64,000 nucleotides of DNA from Candidatus Izemoplasmatales bacterium (GTDB lineage: Bacteria; Bacillota_I; Bacilli_A; Izemoplasmatales; Hujiaoplasmataceae), in contig JBMNEZ010000001.1 in NCBI GenBank assembly GCA_050949045.1, positions 128,001-192,000 of the forward strand. The letters run 5' to 3'. The position numbers and the translations under genes are program-made. Below, piece after piece: positions 40,359 through 49,828 of this stretch. Positions within the stretch are counted from its first letter, which is position 1. Each line of letters opens with the position of its first letter. The notes beneath the pieces are model-generated. The model worked only from the letters and a program-made list of their open reading frames with translations, was not told where the DNA came from and did not search any database.

Positions 40359-41170
40359 TGTTCACTTTTAGAAATAGGCAAGTCAGTTGCCTTCTTGTTT
40401 GTTTTTGCTTTGCATAGCAAAATGATGCCAGTTATCATGAGTAAGAAACTCAAATACTGTGAAGGGGTTGGAAAAACATTGTGTTCAGTGGTGATGAAGC
40501 CAAAGATACTGCCGCGGTCGTCTCCGCGGATCAGTTCCAACAATATCCTCCAGCCGCCGTAGGCGATAAGATATGTTTCCAGTTGATAACCCCTCAAGCA
40601 TTTGAGATTGGCAAGCACGAAAAACAAAACGAACAGAAATAACGCTTCGAACAACTGAACCGGAAAGAGAGGAATTCCAGGAAAGGCATCATGAGCATGG
40701 CCGTGGGGAAAGACCACACCGAGAAAGGAATCAGTCGGAATTCCGTAACAACAGCCGGCTAGGAAACAACCGATCCGACCAAAGGCATGCGCAAGGACAA
40801 CACCGATGATCACAGTGTCCATAATGCTTTTTATGCCTCTGTTATCAGCTTTATAGACGAACTTCAAGAGAACAAGCAAACAGGCGACGCCGCCGATAAG
40901 GCCACCGAGGAAAGAGATCGTTCCGAAAGACCACTTGCCCTCTTTGATGGAATGGAATATCCCATCGAACAAGAATGAGGAGAACAAAGCGAATAACAAA
41001 GAGACAATAAGCAACACCAATAGTTTATTGGATTGCTTTCTATTCAGCCCGTCATGATTCTCGAGTCTTCTGGCAACGAAAACGAGCATTAACAATACTC
41101 CCACACAAATCATCAAGTCATATAGAGGAATAGTATAGCCGAACACTTCCGGCAACAAGAATGGATACAT
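40355..41170 (-). CDS. lgt: Prolipoprotein diacylglyceryl transferase (Lgt)-family protein
   Basis: MYP start (ATG 41170, GAGGGG RBS); SFLGGLIGG, GRIGCFLAGCCYG, FPVQLFE, RILLELIRGD; Cys-rich paralog-type motif. Confidence 0.8.
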   Translation of the reverse strand: MYPFLLPEVFGYTIPLYDLMICVGVLLMLVFVARRLENHDGLNRKQSNKLLVLLIVSLLFALFSSFLFDGIFHSIKEGKWSFGTISFLGGLIGGVACLLVLLKFVYKADNRGIKSIMDTVIIGVVLAHAFGRIGCFLAGCCYGIPTDSFLGVVFPHGHAHDAFPGIPLFPVQLFEALFLFVLFFVLANLKCLRGYQLETYLIAYGGWRILLELIRGDDRGSIFGFITTEHNVFPTPSQYLSFLLMITGIILLCKAKTNKKATDLPISKSEQ

Positions 41171-41360
41171 GGGACCCCTCCTTATCAAATATTGTATCAT
41201 TTGTTGGCATATTCACGCACTCTCTTTAATGAATTAGGTATGAAAATATTGTTTGAGAAGGATTTTCATCATCTCATCGACAGAATCAATATAGATGTAT
41301 GATAAAATATAATTGAATGATACGATAGAAAACAAAAATAAAAAAGGCAGGTGCATCATT

Positions 41361-42467
41361 ATAAAAAAATATGATTATTTGATTGTTGGTTGTGGTTTGT
41401 TCGGAGCAACTTTCGCCGAAAAGATGCATAGTTTTGGAAAACGTTGTCTCATTATCGACAAGAGAGACCACATAGCGGGAAACGCCTATACAGAAAGAAA
41501 AAACGGCATTTTGGTTCATGTTTACGGAGCCCACATCTTTCATACCAATGACGAGGAAGTTTGGAACTATGTTAACCGTTTTTCCCGTTTTTCCCGTTTT
41601 ATCAACTCGCCACTTGCGTATTACAAAGGCGAAATCTACAATCTTCCCTTCAACATGAACACCTTTTCAAAAATGTGGAAAATCACCACTCCCAAAGAAG
41701 CAAAAGAAATCATCGAAAAACAAAGAAAAGAGTACGGAGTTCCAAATCCGGTCAATCTGGAAGAACAAGCGATCAATTTGGTTGGGAAAGACATCTACGA
41801 GAAACTCATTAGAGGTTATACAATGAAACAATGGGGTGTCGATCCCAAAAAATTACCTCCTTCCATCATCAAACGGCTGCCGGTCAGATATACGTACGAC
41901 AATAATTATTTTAACGACTATTACCAAGGTATTCCCGAAAAAGGTTATACTGCTCTGGTCGAGAACATGATAAAGGGAATTGACCTGACCTTGAACGCCG
42001 ATTACTTTGACAACAAATCCGTGTATGATGAATTAGCAGAAAAAATCGTTTATACGGGACCGATAGACCGTTTCTTTGACTATCGGTTTGGCCGACTTGG
42101 GTATCGTTCGCTTCGTTTCGAACACGAGCTGTTACCAATTGCTAATTTCCAAGGTAATGCCGTGGTTAACTACACGGATTTTGCGATACCCTATACAAGA
42201 ATCATCGAACATAAATTCTTTGAGAAAAATGATCAAGAAGAAACCATCGTCACCAGAGAGTATCCAGCCGATTTTACAAAGACAAAAGAACCCTATTATC
42301 CGATCAACGATGAGCACAACACAAGAATTTATGAACAATATCGCGACCAAAGTAAAGATTATCCAAACATCATTTTTGGCGGCAGGTTGGCCGAGTATCG
42401 CTACTATGATATGCATCATGTTATCAAGAGTGCACTCAATATGGCAAATATGCTTATGCATAAGTAA
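41361..42467 (+). CDS. glf: UDP-galactopyranose mutase (start codon uncertain)
   Basis: YDYLIVGCGLFG, HIAGNAY, YGAHIFHT, YQGIP, YTRIIEHK, EPYYP, GRLAEYRYYDM. Confidence 0.93.
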   Translation: MKKYDYLIVGCGLFGATFAEKMHSFGKRCLIIDKRDHIAGNAYTERKNGILVHVYGAHIFHTNDEEVWNYVNRFSRFSRFINSPLAYYKGEIYNLPFNMNTFSKMWKITTPKEAKEIIEKQRKEYGVPNPVNLEEQAINLVGKDIYEKLIRGYTMKQWGVDPKKLPPSIIKRLPVRYTYDNNYFNDYYQGIPEKGYTALVENMIKGIDLTLNADYFDNKSVYDELAEKIVYTGPIDRFFDYRFGRLGYRSLRFEHELLPIANFQGNAVVNYTDFAIPYTRIIEHKFFEKNDQEETIVTREYPADFTKTKEPYYPINDEHNTRIYEQYRDQSKDYPNIIFGGRLAEYRYYDMHHVIKSALNMANMLMHK

Positions 42468-42507
42468 GTAGATCTCTCAATTTTAAATACTTGGTCAAAA
42501 ACAACAA

Positions 42508-42545
42508 AAAACTGTCAATTAAGTCCGATTGACAGTTTTATTTCT
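42508..42545 (+). terminator. Intrinsic terminator after glf
   Basis: aaaactgtcaat / attgacagtttt. Confidence 0.7.
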
Positions 42546-42760
42546 TAGACGAATATTATGCTTACTTGCAAATGGCATTAGACGCTCATCCCACTCGCTG
42601 GGAGCGTTGCCTTTGCGGTTAATAATGAGCACATCACCGCCAAAACCAACAGTATTGATTAAAAAGGTAAAAATATCGGAAAGGTGGATTGAATTATTGT
42701 ATAATCGGTTATATAATTTATAATATAAAAACTTAATGATATTTTTAGAGGAGATTCATA

Positions 42761-45181
42761 ATGAAAAAACTAATTATGTTAGGTTTCGCATCTCTTTTTT
42801 TTATTGCTCTCGTAGCTTGTGACGAACTTACTAGCATATCGGGCTTGCCGACTAATCCCTTTACGACAATAAGCGATGTCGTGACAACCACTACCACTGA
42901 CACCGAGACCACTTCAGTTGGTCAAAAAACAACAACCATTACTACCGTACCGGTTACGACCACTGCACCAACAACCAAAGTTACTACTGCACCGGTTACG
43001 ACAGCGGTACCAACAACTACTGTTACTACTGTACCGGTTACTACAACGATGCCAACAACCACTGTTACTACTGCACCGGTGACAACAACAGAGGAACCAA
43101 TCGAAGAAGATCCTTTTGTTCCGGGAGCTGGAGGTGTTCTTGCCGAAAGGGCACCGTCAGAAAACGCAGAAGGAAAATTCGGAGGTCTCATGCTCGCCAA
43201 GGTCAATTGCTGGCGAAGCATTGTAGGTACCGATTACTTTGTCGAGATAGATTTCCCCTCTCCTAGCCAGTTTGATGGAACATCATATACCTTACAGTAT
43301 TATGACACAGTCAGTTCGACATGGAAAGACTATGTATATTATGATAGGACTGTGACATTTACAGATGAAAATAACGGTTATTACGGTTTAACTGTGTCTG
43401 AGTCTCGAACTTTGAGGTTACTTTTGAATGGCGGTCCCATGGCGGGATACACATCCAATGAAGAAAGTTATACTTTGCCAACAATCAAATGCCGTTTCGA
43501 CAGCTACACTGTCGATATGAGTATCAATGAGGAAGGCATCATGTACCCTTACGTCGGTTTCACAACAAGAGCTTCCTTTGAAGCCACCAACTTCGAGGGT
43601 GAAACCGATATCGATGTGACAAATACGCTGATTTACAAGTGGTATCGTGTTGATCCGGTTACTTATAAGCAAACCTTGATCGCTTCTGCGACCGGGCAGA
43701 CCGAATACGATGCGACAATGGATGATGCCGGCTACTATATCATGGTGAGGGCAGAAGGAGACCAAAACAGCTCCTCGGGTTTTTGGCAGGTATTGGTCGG
43801 GCCTGTCGTTGTCGCTAACCCTTGCTTTGTCAGAAACGAGAGCGCTACCGGATTCACTGTCAATCTTTACTATGAAGTTTCAGGGCTCGATCCGGCTTTG
43901 TTTGAGATTTTCGATCAGGACTGGAATGAAGTTGATATTCTTTCCATTGTCAAGGGAGAAAATGATGCAACCTATATCATCACTATCGATGATGCGACCA
44001 TCACCAACTTTTACTCGATCGCCTATAATAGCGGGTTTTGGACAATGCAGTTCAATATGTCCATGGGCGGTGGAGAATTCCATCATTTCACCGAGATATT
44101 GTTTGTCGAAGTTATACCGACAGAAGGAGAAGGAGAGCAAGAAGATCCCTTTATTCCGGGAGTTGGGGGTGTTCTTGCTGAAAGAACGCCGTCAGAAAAC
44201 GCAGAAGGGAAATTTGGAGGTCTTATAATCACCGAGGCCGATTGCTGGCCAGGTTTTTCGGAGTCTCCTGAATACCGGGTTATCATTAATTACCTTTCCC
44301 CTGGCCTATTTGGTGGAACATCGTATACCTTACAGTATTATGATACAGCCAGTTCGACATGGAAAAACTATATGCATAATGATGAGGTTTTGACATTAAC
44401 GACAGAAGTTGATGATTATTACGGTCTTGCCACTTTAACTGTATCCGAGGCTCGTACTTTGAGGTTGCTTTTAAATGGCGGTCCCATGGCGGGATACACA
44501 TCCAATGAAGATAGTTATATTCTGCCAACGATTAAATGCCGTTTCGACGGCTATGCTATCGATATGACCATCAACGAGGAAGGCATTATATACCCTTACG
44601 CCGGTTTCACATTGAGAGCTTCCTTTTCCGCCATCAATTTTGCGGGGGAAACCGATGTCGATGTGTCAGATACGCTGATTTACAAGTGGTATCGCGTTGA
44701 TCCGGTCACCTATGAGCAGACCTTGATCGCTGCCGCGACCGGACAGACCGAATACGATACAACGATGGCCGATGCCGGCTACTATATCATGGTCAAGGCA
44801 GAGGGAGACCAAACCAACTCCTCGGGTGTATATCAGGTATTGATTGATTCTATCGTCGTTGCCGTTAACCCTTGCTTTGTCAGAAACGAAAGCGCCACCG
44901 GATTTACTGTCAATCTTTACTATGAAGTTGCAGAGATCAATCCGGATTTGTTTGAGATCTTCGATCAAGATGAAAATGAAGTTGATGTCCTATCCATCGT
45001 CAAGGGTGAGAATGACGCAACCTATATCATCACTATCGATGATGCGACCATAACTAACTTTTACACAATCGCCTATAGCACAGAGTCTTGGGCGATGCAG
45101 TTCTATACGCTCATGAGCGATGGAGAAACCTATTATTACAGCGAGATGTGGTTTGTCGAACTTGAACCGATAGAAGAATAA
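42761..45181 (+). CDS. Acidic lipoprotein of unknown function with a Thr-rich linker and two ~345-aa repeats
   Basis: Lipobox LVA-C; 14-aa T/P/V repeats; GAGGAG RBS; repeat units start EDPF(V/I)PG. Confidence 0.85.
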   Translation: MKKLIMLGFASLFFIALVACDELTSISGLPTNPFTTISDVVTTTTTDTETTSVGQKTTTITTVPVTTTAPTTKVTTAPVTTAVPTTTVTTVPVTTTMPTTTVTTAPVTTTEEPIEEDPFVPGAGGVLAERAPSENAEGKFGGLMLAKVNCWRSIVGTDYFVEIDFPSPSQFDGTSYTLQYYDTVSSTWKDYVYYDRTVTFTDENNGYYGLTVSESRTLRLLLNGGPMAGYTSNEESYTLPTIKCRFDSYTVDMSINEEGIMYPYVGFTTRASFEATNFEGETDIDVTNTLIYKWYRVDPVTYKQTLIASATGQTEYDATMDDAGYYIMVRAEGDQNSSSGFWQVLVGPVVVANPCFVRNESATGFTVNLYYEVSGLDPALFEIFDQDWNEVDILSIVKGENDATYIITIDDATITNFYSIAYNSGFWTMQFNMSMGGGEFHHFTEILFVEVIPTEGEGEQEDPFIPGVGGVLAERTPSENAEGKFGGLIITEADCWPGFSESPEYRVIINYLSPGLFGGTSYTLQYYDTASSTWKNYMHNDEVLTLTTEVDDYYGLATLTVSEARTLRLLLNGGPMAGYTSNEDSYILPTIKCRFDGYAIDMTINEEGIIYPYAGFTLRASFSAINFAGETDVDVSDTLIYKWYRVDPVTYEQTLIAAATGQTEYDTTMADAGYYIMVKAEGDQTNSSGVYQVLIDSIVVAVNPCFVRNESATGFTVNLYYEVAEINPDLFEIFDQDENEVDVLSIVKGENDATYIITIDDATITNFYTIAYSTESWAMQFYTLMSDGETYYYSEMWFVELEPIEE
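43106..45178 (+). repeat. Internal duplication with a 1035-bp period
   Basis: gaagatcc starts at 43106 and 44141; long identical blocks such as aatggcggtcccatggcgggatacacatccaatgaaga. Confidence 0.9.
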
Positions 45182-45206
45182 TTACGATTATAAATGACTT
45201 ATTACG

Positions 45207-45240
45207 AAAGAGGCATCGTCCAACCGATGTCTTTTTCTTT
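45207..45240 (+). terminator. Intrinsic terminator
   Basis: aaagaggcatcg / cgatgtcttttt + cttt. Confidence 0.7.
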
Positions 45241-45320
45241 ATTGCAGCGGATATTGCCTCTCAGATTGAATCAAATTTCTTGATATGGTAATATGTTTTT
45301 GAATCAAAGGAGCGATGTCT

Positions 45321-46088
45321 ATGAGTAATAAAGAACAGAAACAACTGATCCTTGAAGCGAGAAAAATACTGAGGTTTGACTACACCGAAGACAGAGAACC
45401 GACTGACCAAATGAGAAAGATTCCTCAGCCGCCTTTGGTGAAAGAAGCTTCTTCAGAAGAGATTGTCAGATTGCCGAGAGACTTTAATTCTCTCAAACTG
45501 AATAACGATGTTCTCGATATCATTTACAACCGTGAGAGCCACCGCATTTTCACAGAAGAAAGTGTGACGCTGTTGACTCTTTCCTTCTTGTTGTGGGCGA
45601 CCCAGGGAATCAAGTCGATCAGGGGCGAGAAATACGCTACTTTCAGGACGGTGCCATCAGGCGGAGCCAGACATCCTTTCGAAACATATCTGATCGTTAG
45701 AAAAATCGATGGTTTGAAACCGGGCAAATATCATTATCTTCCTATGAAACATGAATTGGAGTATCTGGGGAGCGATCCGGATCTTGATACCAAAATCGGT
45801 ATATCCTTGGCTAACCAGAGATGGGCGGTGTCGGCCAATGTTGTGCTTTACTGGTCGATTGTTCCCTATCGCGGCGAATGGCGCTATGCCGAATTTGCTC
45901 ATCGGATTATGCTTATCGATATCGGGCATGTTTGTCAGAATCTTTACCTTGCCTGCGAGGCTGCAGGGTTGGGGACGTGCGCCATTGGCGCGTTTTCAAG
46001 AGAAAATTGCGACAAGTTGTTCGGGCTTGACGGCGAGGAGGAATTCACGATTCTGGCCGCCCCTGTTGGTAGTGTACCTAAAAAATAA
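45321..46088 (+). CDS. SagB/ThcOx-family nitroreductase-like oxidoreductase
   Basis: RESHRIF, RTVPSGGARHPFE, GKYHY, IDIGHVCQNLYL, LGTCAIGAF; second ATG chosen by RBS spacing. Confidence 0.88.
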   Translation: MSNKEQKQLILEARKILRFDYTEDREPTDQMRKIPQPPLVKEASSEEIVRLPRDFNSLKLNNDVLDIIYNRESHRIFTEESVTLLTLSFLLWATQGIKSIRGEKYATFRTVPSGGARHPFETYLIVRKIDGLKPGKYHYLPMKHELEYLGSDPDLDTKIGISLANQRWAVSANVVLYWSIVPYRGEWRYAEFAHRIMLIDIGHVCQNLYLACEAAGLGTCAIGAFSRENCDKLFGLDGEEEFTILAAPVGSVPKK

Positions 46089-46285
46089 AACACCGATAAA
46101 GAAAATACCTTCTAGCGTTTTTGAAGAAAAAGACGAATTGAATCTGTCATTTAGCAAAGTAATAATTGCGGTTAGATATTGTATAGATTGAATCAATCAT
46201 TCTTTTGTTCATGGCTGTTAACTATGGCCAAAAGGCTTTATTTTTGGATACTATTACGCTATAATATTTTTGAAGGCAGGGTGAT

Positions 46286-47800
46286 ATGGTGTATACGATC
46301 AACGGAACTGATCTTGATTTGAATGCTTTCATCAAAGTCGCAAGATTCAAGGAAAAAGTCGCCATCTGCAATAACAACAAACCTCTGATTGAAGAGGCAA
46401 GCAGATTTGTCCAGAGTATCGTGAATGGCGATGGCCCCGTATACGGCATCAACACCGGTTTTGGCAAACTATCCAGCGTAGTGATTAAGCGCGAGGAAGC
46501 CAAAAAATTGCAACAAAATCTTTTGATGAGTCACGCTTGTGGCATAGGCGAGCCTTTGGCAGAGGAAATCGTGCGTGGAATGATGTTGTTAAGGGTTAAT
46601 GCCCTTGTCAAAGGCTATAGTGGAATCAGGCTTGAAGTACTTGAGAAAATGGTCGAGTTCCTCAACAAGGATGTTGTTCCTGTCGTTTTTTCCCAAGGGA
46701 GCCTTGGCGCCAGCGGCGATCTTGCGCCCTTGTCGCATATGTCTCTGCCGCTGATCGGTCTTGGAGAAATTTATTTTCAGGGTGAACGCTATCCTGCAGA
46801 AAAAGGACTCAAGATAGCCGGCATCGTTCCGCTTGCCGCTCTTGAGGCCAAAGAAGGACTGAGCCTCATCAACGGTACCCAAGCGATGACTGCTATCGGA
46901 GCTTTTGTTCTCAATGATGCTTTCGTGCTTGAAAAAACCGCATCTTTGACACTTGCGATGACGCTTGAGGCATTGGAAGGAATCATTGATGCATTTGACC
47001 CGAAAGTCCACGAACTCAGGAATCATCAGGGCCAGATGGATGTCGCCAAGAGGATTAAAGGAATCCTTTCAGGCAGTGGATTGATTACAAGAGACGGTGA
47101 AAAAAGAGTTCAAGATGCTTACTCATTGAGATGTGCACCCCAAGTTCACGGTGCTTGTCTCGATGTTTTGCGATATGTGAAAAGCATTATCGAAAAAGAG
47201 ATGAACGCGGTTACCGACAATCCAATCATCTTTGCCGAAACCAAGGAAGTGATTTCAGCGGGTAATTTCCATGGTGAGCCGCTTGCTCTTTCTTTCGACT
47301 ATCTAGGGATGGCGATTAGCGAACTTGCGAATATCAGCGAGAGAAGGATTGAACGCCTAGTCAACGTTTCGCTTTCAAACGGGTTACCGCCGTTTTTAGT
47401 CAAGACTCCCGGCATCAACTCGGGCTTCATGATCGTCCAGTACAGCGCAGCGTCCCTAGTCAGCGAGAACAAAATCTTGGCGCATCCGGCAAGCGTGGAC
47501 TCAATTCCCTCGTCAGCCAATCAAGAAGATCATGTCTCAATGGGAACAATCAGTTCAAGGAAGGCGCATGAGATTCTGAAAAACACCGCCGGCGTTATCG
47601 CAATGGAGCTGATGACCGCAGCACAAGCACTAGACTTTCGCGGACATGAAAAGCTGGCTCCCATAACCAAGGAAGCTTTCAACCACCTGAGAAAAAGCGT
47701 TCCTTTCGTTGAAAACGATATCGTGATGTATCCATTAATCCATGCTTTGACTGCTGCTGTTCTTCGCGGTGAATATGCAAACTATAATGTGGAGGTATAG
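46286..47800 (+). CDS. hutH: Histidine ammonia-lyase
   Basis: VYGINTGFG, SHACG, GSLGASGDLAPL (MIO Ala-Ser-Gly), QDAYSLRC, NQEDHVSMG. Confidence 0.96.
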   Translation: MVYTINGTDLDLNAFIKVARFKEKVAICNNNKPLIEEASRFVQSIVNGDGPVYGINTGFGKLSSVVIKREEAKKLQQNLLMSHACGIGEPLAEEIVRGMMLLRVNALVKGYSGIRLEVLEKMVEFLNKDVVPVVFSQGSLGASGDLAPLSHMSLPLIGLGEIYFQGERYPAEKGLKIAGIVPLAALEAKEGLSLINGTQAMTAIGAFVLNDAFVLEKTASLTLAMTLEALEGIIDAFDPKVHELRNHQGQMDVAKRIKGILSGSGLITRDGEKRVQDAYSLRCAPQVHGACLDVLRYVKSIIEKEMNAVTDNPIIFAETKEVISAGNFHGEPLALSFDYLGMAISELANISERRIERLVNVSLSNGLPPFLVKTPGINSGFMIVQYSAASLVSENKILAHPASVDSIPSSANQEDHVSMGTISSRKAHEILKNTAGVIAMELMTAAQALDFRGHEKLAPITKEAFNHLRKSVPFVENDIVMYPLIHALTAAVLRGEYANYNVEV

Positions 47801-47806
47801 CCTCAT

Positions 47807-49825
47807 ATGAAGATCAAAGCAATCAATTTGGGGATGATTTTTGAGGAGTTGCCCGAGCATCCTGGTTTTGTTCCTGGGATTCGCAGAGCTCCCAAAAGAG
47901 AAGCCAACTTATCTCCAAGCGACATTGAACTCGCGCTCAAGAACGCATTGAGATACATCCCGGAGAAATGGCAAACCCAACTCGCCGAGGAGTTTTTGAC
48001 AGAACTGACCGAGATGGGCAGGATCTATGGTTACCGCTTCCGTCCCAAAGGCAGGATCAGAGGGCTATCAATCGACGAGTATCGCGGCAGCACGCTTGAA
48101 GGCAAGGCTTTTCAGGTGATGATCGACAACAACCTTGATTTTGAAATCGCGCTCTATCCGTATGAACTTGTCACTTATGGAGAGACCGGATCGGTCATGC
48201 AAAACTGGATGCAGTACCATTTGGTTAAGAAGTATTTGGAGATGATGAATAACCGCCAGACACTGGTCATGATTAGCGGTCATCCTCTCGGACTGTTCTC
48301 GTCATTTGAGCATTCGCCAAGGGTCTTGATGACTAATGGATTGATGATAGGTCAATTTGACAATCAGCAGCACTTCAATCGCGCAGCCGCTCTCGGAGTC
48401 GCCAATTACGGCCAGATGACAGCCGGTGGTTGGATGTATATCGGTCCCCAGGGAATTGTCCATGGAACATATTCGACCTTGTTGAATGCCGGAAGAAGCA
48501 TTCTTAAGATCCCCGCAGACAAAGATTTGGCGGGGAGGCTTTTTGTCTCCTCAGGCCTAGGCGGCATGTCGGGCGCTCAGGGCAAGGCAATCGAGATTGC
48601 CGGAGGCGTCGGCATCATCGCCGAAGTGGATAAATCACGGATCGATACCAGATACAAACAGGGGTGGGTCAGCGTTGTGACCGAATCGCCTGAAAAAGCG
48701 TTCCATCAGGCAAATCAGGCTATGGCATCGAAAAGGCCTCTGGCGATTGCCTTTCATGGGAACATCGTCGATTTACTGGAATATGCCGTCAAGGAAAAAA
48801 CAAAGATTGATCTCTTGTCGGATCAAACCAGTTGCCATGCGGTATATGACGGTGGTTACTGCCCCGTTGGCATCTCTTTCGCCGAAAGAACGGCGATGAT
48901 CTCAAAGGATAAGGACAACTTCCGAAAACTCGTTGATCTCAGTTTGGCACGTCATTTCAAGGCAATTAAGGAACTTGTTGCCAGCGGCACGTATTTCTTT
49001 GATTATGGGAACAGTTTTTTGAAAGCAATCTATGATTCAGGAATCAAAGCGGTCTGCAAAAACCAAACAGACGATCTTGATGGTTTTATCTGGCCAAGTT
49101 ATGTCGAGGATATCATGGGACCGCTACTTTTCGATTATGGCTATGGACCATTCCGCTGGGTTTGCCTAAGCGGTAAAGACGATGATCTTGACAAGACCGA
49201 CCAGGCGGCCATGGCAACGATCGACAAAAATCGGCGTTTCCAAGATTACGACAATTATATGTGGATAAAAAACGCGAAAAAGAATGAACTTGTCGTCGGC
49301 ACTAAGGCGAGAATTCTATATCAGGACGCCTATGGCAGAATGAACATCGCCCTCAAGTTCAATGAAATGGTCAGAAATGGTGAGGTCGGTCCGATCATGC
49401 TTGGCCGGGACCACCATGACGCCGGAGGGACGGACTCACCATTCAGAGAAACAGCAAACATCAAGGACGGTTCGAACATCATGGCGGAAATGGCAACCCA
49501 TATCGCCCTTGGCAACAGTGCCAGGGGGATGAGTCTGGTCACGCTCCATAACGGTGGCGGTGTTGGCATCGGCAAAGCTATCAACGGCGGATTCGGCATG
49601 CTTCTCGATGGGTCCTTGCGCGTTGACGAGATCCTAAGAAGCGCGGTTTTGTTCGATGTCATGGGTGGCGTCGCAAGACGCGCCTGGGCGCGAAACGAGA
49701 ATGCCCGTGAAACCGTCGAAGACTTTAACAAAATCGACAACAATTCGCTCATCGGGTTGCCTTATCTTACGAATGACGATCTGATTAAGGATATCTTGAA
49801 CAAGCACCGGAAAAAGGGAGGATGA
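47807..49825 (+). CDS. hutU: Urocanate hydratase (long form)
   Basis: GRIYGYRFRP, YGQMTAGGWMYIGPQGIVHGT, GLGGMSGAQ, SDQTSCH, GRDHHD, HNGGGVG. Confidence 0.95.
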   Translation: MKIKAINLGMIFEELPEHPGFVPGIRRAPKREANLSPSDIELALKNALRYIPEKWQTQLAEEFLTELTEMGRIYGYRFRPKGRIRGLSIDEYRGSTLEGKAFQVMIDNNLDFEIALYPYELVTYGETGSVMQNWMQYHLVKKYLEMMNNRQTLVMISGHPLGLFSSFEHSPRVLMTNGLMIGQFDNQQHFNRAAALGVANYGQMTAGGWMYIGPQGIVHGTYSTLLNAGRSILKIPADKDLAGRLFVSSGLGGMSGAQGKAIEIAGGVGIIAEVDKSRIDTRYKQGWVSVVTESPEKAFHQANQAMASKRPLAIAFHGNIVDLLEYAVKEKTKIDLLSDQTSCHAVYDGGYCPVGISFAERTAMISKDKDNFRKLVDLSLARHFKAIKELVASGTYFFDYGNSFLKAIYDSGIKAVCKNQTDDLDGFIWPSYVEDIMGPLLFDYGYGPFRWVCLSGKDDDLDKTDQAAMATIDKNRRFQDYDNYMWIKNAKKNELVVGTKARILYQDAYGRMNIALKFNEMVRNGEVGPIMLGRDHHDAGGTDSPFRETANIKDGSNIMAEMATHIALGNSARGMSLVTLHNGGGVGIGKAINGGFGMLLDGSLRVDEILRSAVLFDVMGGVARRAWARNENARETVEDFNKIDNNSLIGLPYLTNDDLIKDILNKHRKKGG

Positions 49826-49828
49826 GCG

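Noticed and set aside
45321..46088. SagB-type gene as part of a RiPP cluster
   Set aside because: No YcaO, precursor peptide or dedicated exporter adjacent; standalone members are common
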